Source: Callorhinchus milii
Lineage: Eukaryota
Assembly: GCF_018977255.1 (NCBI RefSeq)
Contig: NW_024704742.1
Location: forward strand, 19,532,001-19,596,000
DNA: 64,000 nucleotides
Direction: 5' to 3'
Each line of letters begins with the position of its first letter. Within the stretch, counting starts at the first letter, position 1. Positions 11,631 to 24,125 of this stretch are shown in pieces. The notes below the pieces were generated by a model, which saw only the letters and a list, made by a program, of their open reading frames with translations, was not told the origin of the DNA and did not search any database. Both the position numbers and the translations under genes were made by a program.

Positions 11631-13747
11631 TTTTTTTTTGTCATGATGAGGTGAGAATTGTTCACAGGATTAGTATTATTGTGATACCACATGGAACAAA
11701 ATGGGGATTAAAAGTTACATTTTTGTAAATGAATACTACACTGTACTACCATCACTTACTCAACCCAAACCAAGAATACAATGAATGTGGTTAATTTGAC
11801 CACAGGAAAGCAGACAGCACAGCAGGTCACGTGCTGTTTCAACATCACACTCAGCAAAATTAATGGTTATGTCTGCTTTTACCACACTAGTCTACTTGAT
11901 GCAAAGCTTATATTAATAAAATCCACTAAAATTATCAAATTCTTTATTTTGCTCCTTGAGCATCATTTGTACAGTTCTTCCAAATCAGTCTTAAACATTG
12001 AAAATGCACCTCCCATTTTTGCTGATTTAACAGCAAGGGAGTGTCTCAATATGAGGTGTAGTAAATCGAAAATAAGACAAGGATGTTTAATAATGCTAGT
12101 GTGGTAAAAGCACCTATTAAATAACCTTTTACTTCACATGTTAACAGTGAATTATATTTAAAATGTGTGAATTTTAGCAGTTGCATGTAAGATTAATATT
12201 TCTTAAAGGTCTGTCAATCAAAAAATATCTTGACTTATCATCTGTGTCTCAGTCAGTAAGTGTGCTACAACTATAAATAATACCAGTCTCTCAGTCCGGA
12301 CGTGGTTTTGGCTGTAAATATTTCTCTATGTCTCAGTCTATAAACAGGATTTAGGCTGTAATTTATTGCAGAGAATGAATTATAATTTAGATATGATAGA
12401 CTCATGAATGAGTGTCAAGAGGCTGTCAAACAGATGCAGGGTCCCAGCTATTGCAGAATATGAGACATTCACAAATGTGGGAAGATTCAACAAATGGTTA
12501 ACAACATGTGTTTTTTTATATACCCATGGTTACGTAGGTAACCAACGTGAATTAGCCAACAGGCTGGAGGATCTGATAAAGATCTAAGTGCACATTTATT
12601 GGGATTGAAAACAATTGTGATCTTGTGGATTTATTCTTCAGTTTAGCTGTATTTGATAGAATTCAAATGAGAGTTGGCTGATTTAAATTTCCAATGAATG
12701 TGCCCCAGGTCCAGATGCATTGTGAATGTGGCTGAAATTAGTAACCTGTCCACCAAATAACATATGGACAAACAGACAGACGGGTAGACAGATGAAAGGC
12801 TTTTCCAGAAATATTCAACAACAAAGCTATTCTGGATCTAATTTACGGTATTGTAATGTGATAAAGAAGTGTTGATATAGTGATCAAATCTGTTAAATAC
12901 AAAGTGATCACACATTTATCCTCATGCCCCACATTTCCTCGTCTCAAACTGCCTGGTCTGGAGATTGAGAGGGAAAGCTTTGTGTTCGTCCTCAGTGTAA
13001 CCCTTCCAACTAGGTTCAAATAAAGTACAAACAGTCACAGATACCAAAAAAGTTTATTAACATGAGCACATGGCCCTCTGCAAACAATTTGCTCTTAACA
13101 CAGCACATCACATATCTTGATAGCTTACAGATGCATATTCTCGGTACCCGTTGCTGACGTGTAGCATAGCCCTGAGCTTCAATACCTAATTTTAGTCCTG
13201 CATATATTGGCTTTCTTCAGAAGGCCACTGACAAGAACCCCCCCCACCCTCCCACACCTCGCCCCGCGTACAACAGGTATGGCCAGAATAATACATAACC
13301 AAAATAAAATGACAACTTCAATACAAGTTCTCTATCTCTTTTTCATCAGCGACCATGTATGGTAAGGAAAGGCATCCAGTAATATGAAAACTGTAACTGC
13401 AAAGAAATCAGCTGAATGACCTGGTAATGAGCCACTTGATCTTTCCCCCATGAGACGTTGCTGGCGGCCAAACCTCAGAAATGAGAATAAACAGTGCAAC
13501 ACACAAGCCACACTTCAAGGAGGATGATGGAAGGCGTCTCATTATAGAGCTATTATAAAGGCCATTCTACTTGTTCCTCGAGTCTAATCTGGGACCCACT
13601 GTTCCCGAGACTAGTCAGAACCAGAGGAATGTACAACAATGTGAAAGGCCATTCAATCCATTGTATTCAGTTAGTGTTGGTTCCTCCAATGATGCCATCT
13701 ATTCCTAATACCTGCTCTTTACTCTAGTCATGTTTCTTTACTCTAGC

Positions 13748-15165
13748 CCTATTTCTAATTTGCCTTCCTCGCAAAAGTCCTAGAACGTGTTGTTGCTAAT
13801 CAACTTCGCGCACACCTCTCCTCCCACTCCCTCTTCGAACCCCTCCAGTCCGGATTCCACGCTGCCCACAGTACAGACACTGCACTTGTGAAAGTCACAA
13901 ACGACATCCTCTCTATCTGTGACCAGGGCTCCCTCTGCCTCCTTGTCCTCCTGGATCTCTCAGCCGCGTTCGACACAGTCGATCACGCCATCCTCCTCCA
14001 CCGACTTTCCTCCGTCATCCGCCTCAGTGGGACCGCACTCGCCTGGTTCGAGTCCTAACTCACAATCCGCCAGCAGTACATCTGCACAAACGGCTTCTCC
14101 TCCCGCTCTCATCCGGTTACCTGCGGGGTACCCCAAGGATCCATCTTTGGCCCCCTCCTCTTTCTGATTTACATGCTCCCTCTTGGGGATGTCATCCGCA
14201 GACATGGGGTACACTTCCAAGTGTATGCAGACGACACCCAACTCTATTTTTCCACCTCACCTCACTTTGCGACCCCCACTTTGCCTACCTGTCAGACTTC
14301 AGGAGCTGGATGAGAGCAAACTTCCTTCAGTGAACGTTGACAAGATGGAAGCCATACTCTTTGGCTCTAGTCAACATCTAAAATCTCACAGTTCTCACCT
14401 CCTCCACCTACCCAACCTCCCCTTAAAACTCTCTGAAACTGTACGCAACCTAGGCGTCAGGTTCGACCCCCAATTATCCTTCCTCCGCCCATCCGGTCCC
14501 TCACCAGCAGCGCTTTCTTCCACCTCTGACGCATCGCCCGTCTCCGCCAATACCTCTCTCCGAAAGACGCTGAAACCCTAGTACATGCCTTTGTCACCTT
14601 TTGGCTGGACTATTCTAATGCCCTCCTCGCCGATCTCCCATCCACTACCATCCATAAAATCCAGATTATTCAAAACTCTGCCACTCGCATTCTCACTCAC
14701 ACCAAACTCCGTTCCCCGATTACCCCATTCCTTGCCAGACTGCACTGGCTCCCTGTCCCAGAGAGAATCGACTTCAAGATCCTCACTCTTGTGTTCAAAT
14801 CCCTCCACTCCTCTGCACTCCCCCTACCTCTCTGACATCCTCTACCCTCAAAACAGTACCTGTTGCCTTCGTTCCTTCGGGTCTGGCCTCCTCCTTGTCC
14901 CCTGAGTCCTCCGCTCCACCCTCAGCAGCCGTGCCTTCAGTCACTATGCCCCGAAACTCTGGAACTCCCTTCTTCACTCCCTTCGTCTCGCCCTCTCTCT
15001 TCCTATTTTCAGGTCTCTGCTGAAGACCTTTCTTTTCGACTGCACCTTTGGTCACCTTCCTCCCCCTCCCCCTGGCTCGGCCCCGGGATCCGTTACTGTG
15101 AAGCGCTCTGAGATGCCGTCCGGCGTGGAGGGTGCTATATAAATCCAAGTTGTTGATGTTGTTGT
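13748..15165 (+). mobile_element. L2 LINE, 5'-truncated, frameshifted RT relic with 3' tail
   Basis: [72 protein letters not shown]; ends GTGCTATATAAATCCAAG(TTG)n. Confidence 0.95.
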
Positions 15166-15689
15166 CCTCCAGTACGGTCTAGTACTTTCTGCATTTTCTT
15201 AGTTAATTTCCTTTTACTTTTACCCAATTAGGTGAGCACACCAATGGCCCACAAACACCAATGTTGGTCTGTTGGTCAGAATATTCAAAGAAAGCAAAAC
15301 ATTTGTTAAAAAGGGCAGAAAATTTCATTTCAGATTAAGACAGAATTGAAGAATTTTTCAAAATTCTGTGCAATCTTAAACTTTAAAGCAATGGTCCTGT
15401 GGCTAAGACCATGACAAATTTCAGGTCTCCCTCCGTCTTTCCTGTTATTAATTACTCTGCTGATGGAAGCAATATCATATCACTTGCCGTGGTATAAAAA
15501 CGGTATTAAATGCTGAGAGGCACAAAGTGGTTGTGAGCAACCGATTTATCTCTGACTGTGAGCGTACAACTAGGAATTCAAAGTACAACATTTCTAAGCA
15601 TATCACGTATCAAAATCAAAATCAAAAAGCTTGAAGCAAGACAGGAAACTAGAAAAAACTCCAACAAAGAATTGCAGCAAAAAGAATAT

Positions 15690-15915
15690 ATGAGTACAGA
15701 GCTGGATAAATATTTTGTTGGGAATGGAGTCGAAAGGTGTAAAAGGGCATCTGGTAAATAAATACAACTGCATAATCGGAATCTGTATAAACTGTAAAAA
15801 AAAAAATTAGAGAATATGGGCAAGAGTTGGAAAATGGGATGAAATAAATAAAATAAGGGTGTGATATGGTAATGTAGAGCACAGATTTGATGGGCTATAT
15901 GGCTTCTTTCTTTGT
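15690..15915 (+). mobile_element. Old CR1 3' end
   Basis: GAGCTGGATAAATATTTTG...GAGCACAGATTTGATGGGCTATATGGCTTCTT. Confidence 0.55.
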
Positions 15916-15999
15916 TGAAAATGTCTGTGATGTTACGTGCAGGACACTTCCTGAAGAATGCTCAAATTTATTTTGTTGGCATATTTGCCATCAGTCACA

Positions 16000-17210
16000 C
16001 AGAGGTGATAACACTACCTTTTAGATGGCATTGACAACTTTGTGGGGAGGAAATCCTTCTAATCTTACTTGAGGTTCATTGATTTTAGACCTACGATCTT
16101 TGATTCTGATGTCACAAGTAAACTAGGTTTCTTATTTGGATTGTTTGGGGCCATAATATTCAAAGAAAGCCTCTCAACATTTTAAAGAACTGCTGGATCA
16201 TTAATGCCTCCGCATCTTTTCTCCAGTGAAAACAAGCTGATCTCTAAATTTCTCTTAAAGTATTCTGTTCTGCTTTCTCTCCCACAATTCGATACCTTTT
16301 GAAGATAGGACATCCAAATTTACAAACCATATCCTAAATGTGACCTCACTAATGATCAAAACAAGATTAAAATAACTTGTTTAGTTACATGGATTCAAAA
16401 TAAACTCTAATATATTATTAGATTAGGTTTAGTCGATAACAGCTTAGCATTGACTAGAAACCGTGGTTGAATAATCAATAATCACACCCAAATAATTTTC
16501 CTTTGCAGCCACCTCCGCTAATTCACTATTCCAATATACATTACCTTACATCAATCTGCATTAAAATCCATCTGCACTTCCTTGGCCTATCTGCTTAATT
16601 GATGCAGATCTTCCTGAATGTTATTTATCTTTCTAATTTTAGTCACCATCTCATATAAAGTGGCATCATCTGCAAATGTTATAATACAACATTTATCTAC
16701 ATTAAAGTTCATCCACCTCTTCTTAGCTCATCTGTTTAATCGATCCAGATCTTCTCGAGCGCAATTTATGCTCTGCATATTGGACACCTGTCCATAAAGC
16801 AAATTATATTTTATAAAAAGTGTTCTCCTCCAAGTTCACTGAATAATTTAGGCTAAATGGTTTAGGCTGAATAGTGTGAACAGCTGAGCCCTTTGAAATT
16901 GTACTAGTCTCTTCCCTGAACTTTTTTCCGTAAACAACACTTTCTGCTTCACTTTACTAAGCCAGTTTCTGTTCCAGCTGGCTAACTTGCCATTAATTCT
17001 ATTTTTTTTTAACCTCCCATTAAAAGTCGCACATGTGGAAATTTATCAGTTGCCTTCAAAAGATCTGTGTGACTTGCCCTCATTTTAGTACCTCCTCAAA
17101 GAATTCCAGTAGATTCATGATACATGACCATTCGCTTCTACATCTACATTGACTGCCCGTTGAAGCCTGTGCTCTTTAGATAAGATCGATAACATTCCAT
17201 ATAATGCCTT
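16000..17210 (-). mobile_element. Highly decayed CR1 RT region (probably two overlapping pieces)
   Basis: Reverse complement gives FADDAT (about 16660), LVRSHLGY (about 16335) and SCIMNLLEFFEEV (about 17100); a segment is repeated at about 16545 and 16690. Confidence 0.7.
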
Positions 17211-17699
17211 CAAGTATTTTATAACCACAAAGTTTCAAAGTTTAGGCTAAATGGTTTGCTGCACTCCTGGAAGCTAACCTCCATGAATGGCGCTATATAA
17301 ATGCAAGTCCACACCGCCCCCTCCCCCCAGCTCTCACCCCCAGCACAGGGCACATTCAGCATTGTTAAGAACTTTGAGACATCCTCCAATGTGAAAGCCA
17401 CTACATAGATGTGAATTGATTTGCATTACATTTCTGTTGTTGTCAATAATTTTATGTCTTTTTTCAGTCATTTCCTATCCACCAATCCTCAAGCACAACT
17501 CCAGTGTTTACAGAGAAATATTTTTCAGAGTTTGACATATTTCTTCTCAGAATGCACCTGGTAATTCAATTATTTTTGAGTCTCTTTGTGATCACGTGCT
17601 CTACCGATACAATAATAATAAAAATAATCCTTCGATTTGATATAGCGCCTTTCACACATGAGTTGGAAATTGCTGTCAACATTTGCAGGCAGCCTATTT

Positions 17700-17828
17700 G
17701 GAGTCCTGTAGCTCAGTGGTTAGAGCACTCGCCTTGCAAGCGAGACACCTGGGTTCAATTCCAGGCAGAGGGCGAAACCTTGGGCAAGTTTCCTTACTCC
17801 ACACGCCTAATAATAATCCCTCCAAAAA
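17700..17828 (+). mobile_element. SINE 5' part (tRNA head)
   Basis: GGAGTCCTGTAGCTCAGTGGTTAGAGCACTCGCCTTGCAAGCGAGACACCTGGGTTCAATTCC. Confidence 0.9.
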
Positions 17829-18504
17829 ACATGTGTTCATGCCCATTGAATGCAGACGCACTGATTGACAATCGTGCCCTGTTATAAGATAAGTAGGGGT
17901 TTTATGGACCACACCTACAGTATGTGAGGGTTCACCAAAGAGTCATGATACCATTACAGTGTCTAATAAGTCTTGAAGAAATTATGATATTTTTGCTTCT
18001 TTTAGATAATAGGATAGATATCATGACTTTTTGGTCACCCTGTATCTATGAATTCTAGCAAAATCTTTATTGTTAAAACTGATATTGCACTCCAAAACTC
18101 CATCCAGTGTGAAAGGCGCTATATAAATGTAAGTTGTTGATATAATAATCTATGTACTGCCTCCCGCTGACAATCCTCTGTACAAATGGTGCTGTATGAG
18201 AGATTTGCGTGCATATCCTTCCATGTACACTTTGATAGAGCTCAAGAGAATTTAGGACATTAATGTTTAACTTTACTACTTCTGTTTGAAAGATGCAATG
18301 GGCAGATTTGCTGGCGATCTACCATTTGGCTTAAATAGTTTTAATTTTGCGGTGACAACCACTGCTGGATGCTCTGGGAATATTAAAAATGTTGTAATTC
18401 TGCCATGAATTGGTTTTATCACATGTAAAAAAAAGAGCCACAATCATTAAATGTGCACAAACACTCTGTCAATTAAAATATTTTGATTTTGGAATCTTAC
18501 ATTG

Positions 18505-18670
18505 ATTCTTTCAAAAGCAAATTAGACAGATTTCTTTCAGGAAATAATATCTTGAGATGCAGTATGTAGTTTGGGACATGACATGTGCGGGCATGCAACT
18601 GCCAGGATGATGGAAGGCGAATTGGATGTGCCTTGGTCTTCTTTCGTCTGACAATTCTAACGTTCTTACA
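18505..18670 (+). mobile_element. CR1-like 3' end
   Basis: Same family as reverse complement of 38515-38685 (CCAGGATGATGGAAGGCGAA..CCTTGG.CTTCTTTCG). Confidence 0.65.
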
Positions 18671-18904
18671 TTTTTGTTAAAAAATGACATTGCAAAAATG
18701 GCAGTGAATTTGCATTTCCACTGTTAAGTTATTGTTCCAAAGTGTTATTGATCCCTTGCAGTTGGCTTTTCACGGTCAGATTACCATTTGTCGGATTAAA
18801 AAAAGAAGTTGCCAACCACAAAATTCTAGAATTGACTGCATGTTCAGCACTAGGAGGAATATTGCATGGGAGGTGGAGGGGTGGAGGGAGCTTCAAAGTT
18901 TATT

Positions 18905-19150
18905 TTAAAAAAACATCTGACATGTGGGAACCCATCAACACTCTTAAGAGTATCCAAACCAAACTGAGAATTCCAATGCATCCCACCTATGTCAGGAAAT
19001 TTCCAAGATATTTATTGGAATAGAATGTTCACTTTCTCTCTGCTTACCTAATTCTGTAGAGTATCAGGCGCACGTTGGCAAGAGCCAAGACTTGGGGACT
19101 CCAGAGTGTGCACTGGGGTACTGCTGGAATCTAACCAGCTAAAACCATAT
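18905..19150 (-). repeat. Unclassified interspersed repeat, copy 2
   Basis: Reverse complement of 38400-38480 and 38690-38820. Confidence 0.75.
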
Positions 19151-21217
19151 AGCTTGCCAGCTAGATCATCAACAACAACAACAAATTACTTTCGTATAGC
19201 GCCTTTCATGTCGGGAGGACGACCCAAAGCATTGCCTGGCAAGCTTGCCCGCTGCTTGGCCAGCTAGGACTACCCTACCGTTTTAGCTTGCAAGGTTAGC
19301 TGAGTGGGAAGAATCCCTGTCCCCAGTGACTGGTCTGCCTTTCCAAGCTGCTGCCAATGAGCCAGGCTGGCTTTGCTGTCATCAGCAATGCCCTGGAATA
19401 TACTGCGGACCCACCTGGCTCCGGAGCAGGGCTATCGAGACCGCTGCAGAGGGCTGGCTTGATTCTGACATTCCTTTGCCAATATGTCACCTTGGAGCCA
19501 GTTCAGCTGAAAGGAGACCCCACATACCTCCACCCCCCTCCCCCCCACCACCACCAGGAGTATAGTCAAGTCATTAGTAGGTCATTTGACATCCCATGCC
19601 ATAGGATCTATGATGTCCACTTGACCAACTCAATGTCATATCTCAACTGAAGGACGGTACCTCTGGGTACTGTGGTATCTGGTCTTATTCAAAAAGTTAG
19701 TGTCCGTCATGTTCCCCAGAAAATGTCAGGCTAACACAGTTATTTGAAACACCGTACCCAACCAAGGGAGTACAGATTTTACCAAGCACAGAGTGTATTT
19801 GAGAAAGATACTGTTCATTCTGAAGTTGTCACTATATTTGTCCACAATAAAGTTTTAAGTGGGCTGAGACAATGTTCTACAAGCAACATAAATCCCAATG
19901 AACAAAGGCCTGCTTCATTCATGCGTTTCTTTGAACCGACAGCTCATTTAAAATGCAGGTTATTCACAGAGGTTGAACAAAAAGTTTTAATGGATGAGAA
20001 GTGTGTGTGTGTATGTTTGCTAAAAGTCACTGATTAGAGAAAATACAGCAAAATATTAGGCTGAGAAATTAAGATTCCCTTATTAGCAACCATGTAATAC
20101 AGCCAGAACACTGCTCATAAGAGCTTTGGTCTGGGTGGTTTTAGGAAATTCTACGGGTCCGGGACTTGTTGATAAGCCAGAGAGGCTGGTCGGCCATCAC
20201 TGTGGCATTGATGGAATACAAGTAAGTCAGCCAGACTTTGCCCAAGCGTTCTGAGATGCTACCCTGGGTGAAGGGCGCTATGTAAATGCAAGTTGTTGTT
20301 GTCAATTGCAGTGAGACTGAAAGGCAACAATTGCAGGTGGCAAAAATAAAGATGGTGAGTCCTTGTAGGACTTGACTCCCTCGCCTTCAGTCACCCTCCT
20401 ATCCCTACCCTCTCTGCCCTGCACCCCTCCTGATCCCAACCACCAGCTCGGGTGCAGATCCCTGACTGTCCAGGACTTTGGGATGTCCTCCTGACGTAAA
20501 AAGCTCTGTACAGAAATAATTTATTGTTAACTGGCTGCAGGTCAAACTGGTGTGCTAAAGTTACAGGAAAGGTGTTGAGTCCGAAACCTGTAAATTATTA
20601 AACATCAAATATACAGTAAATTCACTTTACAGTCTATTCTGTGAAGTGCTTTGAGATATCTGGAAGACATGAAAAGCGCTATATCAAATGCAAGGAGTAT
20701 TATTAGTATTATCAGTTTGGATTGCACTTTATGGTGATGTGACCATTATTGTTGGTGACAATTATCACAGAAAATACCATATTTTTCAGTGTGTATCTCA
20801 CTTTGTATGTCACTCACATTTTAGACAAATGTGTGGAGTATTGATGTGCGTAAAGTGCCGGCTTTGATTATAAGGCTAAGTACATGATTACATAACTAGC
20901 TTTGTGCAATCTCAACAAGGTCAATGTCTCAGCTGAGAAGAGACAGGTTTTCCTTACCACTAATGCGTAGGTGGAACTTTGTCCCTGCTGCCCTTTATGG
21001 AGGGCATCATGCAGTAAATTAAACTGAGTAGGGAATATGAGCAAAGTGGGCAGTTCTCTCTTGTGCACCATGTGCTAGCCAAAGTTCATAGCATTTAAGT
21101 GACTCATAATCATATGCAGTTTTTAGTATTAACAAGGTCGTTTCAGTGGGAGTTAACAGAACCTAAAGAAGAGTACAGTGCAGCACAGGTACAAATTAGT
21201 AATCAAACAAGAATAAG

Positions 21218-21650
21218 ACAATACAACATAAAATTACATTTATATAGCACCTTTCACATTGGGAGGTGCTGGACAGTCGAGGATTTGCACTCGAGCTGGG
21301 GGTTGGAATCGATAAGAGCAAGCCAAGGGGGATGGAGGTGGGATGATGACTGAAGGTACGGTCAAAAAGGAAGATCTTGAGATGGGTCTTGAAAGAAGCA
21401 AGGGAGGGAGGCGTGATGAAATGATTGAGGATGGAGTTCCAGAGCGTGGGAGCAAAAACGCTGAAGGCTCAACCACCAATGGTGGAGCGAGCAAGGTGGG
21501 GGACATGAAGCAGGCTAGTGTCAACTGAGTGGAGGAAGCAGGAAGGTTGATAAGGTAGGTTGTAGAGGTAAGGAGGACCAACACAATGGGGGGTTTTGAA
21601 AGTGAGGACAATCCTCTGGGGGATGGGGAGCCAGTGAAGCCGGGCAAGAA
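21218..21650 (-). mobile_element. L2 3' end
   Basis: LARLHWLPIPQRI..., tail ATTTATATAGCACCTTTCAC. Confidence 0.85.
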
Positions 21651-23079
21651 AGAAAGGCAGAGATACCTGAGGCTGAAGCATTCTTAATTATTGAAGAAGT
21701 AATGTGGAGGAGGACTGATATTTATGGCTTAAGCAAACTCCCCGCCCCAGTCTCTCACAGGTCAAGTGCTAGAAAACAGCCACAAGTTGTGTGCATACAA
21801 CTTAATACTGGGATAAAGAGTGAGGAAGTGATTTGATACCTTAAAACTACAATAATCCTTTCATTTAATAATCCTTGCATTTGATATAGCGCCTTAGCAG
21901 GTTGTTGACACATTTCAAAGCTCTTCACAGGATATATATTGTAAAGTGGATTGACTATGTATTTCGTGGAAGCATTAAAAAAAATAAGATTTAACTACGC
22001 AGCTGAGAATGGACAGCAGGTTCAGATGGTGACAGGTTTGATTCTAGTATCTAATTCAATACTTTTGATGTATGTTTTAATTCTTTGAGGTTGAATGAAA
22101 TTAGTTTTAAGCCAGGTGTATAGTTTCCGTAGCAATAGCTACTGCAGTAACATAACCTTTATTCTTGTAGCTTTGGCCACAATGTATGAACATGTGCATT
22201 TCCTGTGCTGATTCTGTATTTCCTTACTCCGGTCTGCACATCACGCTCATAATTAATGCCTGTTTGATAACCGTTATGTTCAGTTTTAATGTAAGGATTG
22301 TACCACTGCATATATGCAATGCAGATTTGCACATTTCATTCTAAACATAATGCCATTAATCACCAGATGATCCATATTTTGCAGGAAAACTGACTCTCTA
22401 TGACTTGCCACACACAGTAACTACACATGTTAAATTCTCCAGATGTTTTCCACAATTATGACTCTGGCCTTTCCCACTCACCCCATCACTCTTGGCCATT
22501 CAGACAATGAGGCGACGTGTAACAGGCCACAGCTGCTTCATTTGTATCTGGGTGTCATTTCATGTAAACTGCTCCTTTCTATTAAAAGGCTGGCTCAGTT
22601 TGTTATATTTGGCACACAGGAACAAGAGGAGGTCATTGAACACATCATTATCTAATAGGATTTATTACAAGAGGGCTTAAATTATCACTGAAAAGATTGC
22701 AGATTGCAAGAGTGCAGAAAATACCACTCTTACCCCAAATGGACCTTTTATGGTTTTAAACCCAAAAACTGGGCATGTACTATACGTTTGCCATAGATCT
22801 ACAGTTCTGCCATCACGGGCCAATCATTCATCATTTAGCACGCCTGAAGATGAACTAATTTCTTATGCCAGACATCTTTTGAATCATTGCCAACTATTGT
22901 CATCTCTCTGGGTGGCTATTCTGCCAGGAGAGAATATTCATTACCTGTTGGTGAGCTCCACAACAGAGATAAATAAATGGCTGGGAGTTACATTAAACAC
23001 TATTCTGGAAACTCCCATTATTTAAGCAGAGAGTGACTGGAAGAAAAAGGGGTGGGGGAAACAAGCAATTTGAAATTTA

Positions 23080-23550
23080 GACATTTAAGTAATAAATAGG
23101 AGATATCTGGATATACCAGTGGGGGGGTTTGAAAGCAGAGAGGGAGAGTGTGAGGCAGAGGGTTATTTGGAGAGAGCGGGGCATAGTGGATGAAGGCTTA
23201 GCAAAGAGGGTGGAGGACATACAGCAGGCCTATCTTTGTAAAGCAGAGGAAGTGGACGTAAAGTAAGACCGGGGAAGGTCACAGAGGCAGAATGGTGATT
23301 TTTTGTTTAATCCTCTGGGGATTAGAAAGCAATAAAATTTGGTGAGGACGATATGTTGGATTTGCAGAGCCTTGACTAGGAAAGATACAAGTTCTGTGGA
23401 AGGTCTGGATAAATTGTATTTTATGGAGGATGGAGCTCAGGACTCTGACAAGGGTAGCGTTAGAGAATGAGGGTTTCTGCTGCATTACAGAGAGGTAAGG
23501 ATAGAAGGGGGCGATATATGAGAAAAGAAAAGTTAAAAGCTGTTTTTCCA
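23080..23550 (-). mobile_element. Old LINE endonuclease-region relic
   Basis: Reverse complement has IYRP-like (ATATATCGCCCC) and DLPRSYF/RPAVCPP-like segments; very degenerate. Confidence 0.4.
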
Positions 23551-23984
23551 CAATACTACTCATAATATTTTTTTCAGGAAGACTCCTCAAAGCGCTTCAC
23601 AGGATTTGCTGTAAACTATAGTGAATGTATGTTTTGTAGACGAACAAAGAACTGGCTTCAGTGTTACGAACTTTCCACAATTCTGGCAATCTTAAATTTT
23701 AAGACACATAATATATGCTCAAGACACAGGTGTCAGTTTTCCTGCATGCAAAACAAACAGGAAAATTAACTCTGAGTCGATTTTTACTCGTGGTCTAGCT
23801 TATTCCTAGCTGGCCTCAGGGGATAAAGGCAGCATTTAAAAGCAGCATTAACACCACTTTTACATTGTTGATTTGAACCCCAGAAATGCGGAACAAAAGA
23901 GAGACTGTTCACCGCTCCATCACTTTTACACCACAGCTAATTTCCAAGAGGATTTCCTATCTGATATCTCCAGAGGAGACTTCA

Positions 23985-24125
23985 GTCACCATCCTATCCC
24001 AAATCTCCCTGCCCTCGACTCCCCCAGCTCGAGTGTACATCCTTGACTGTCCAGCACTTTGGAACATCCTCCCGATGTGAAAGGTGCTATACAAACGTAA
24101 TTTGTTGGTGGTGGTGATGGTGGTG
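23985..24125 (+). mobile_element. L2 3' terminal fragment
   Basis: GACTGTCCAGCACTTTGGAACATCCTCCCGATGTGAAAGGTGCTATACAAA and a (TGG)n tail. Confidence 0.75.

Noticed and set aside
13340..13540. Possible ancient SINE core (GGAAAGGCATCCAG..AAAACTG)
   Set aside because: Resemblance too short to assign without a search.
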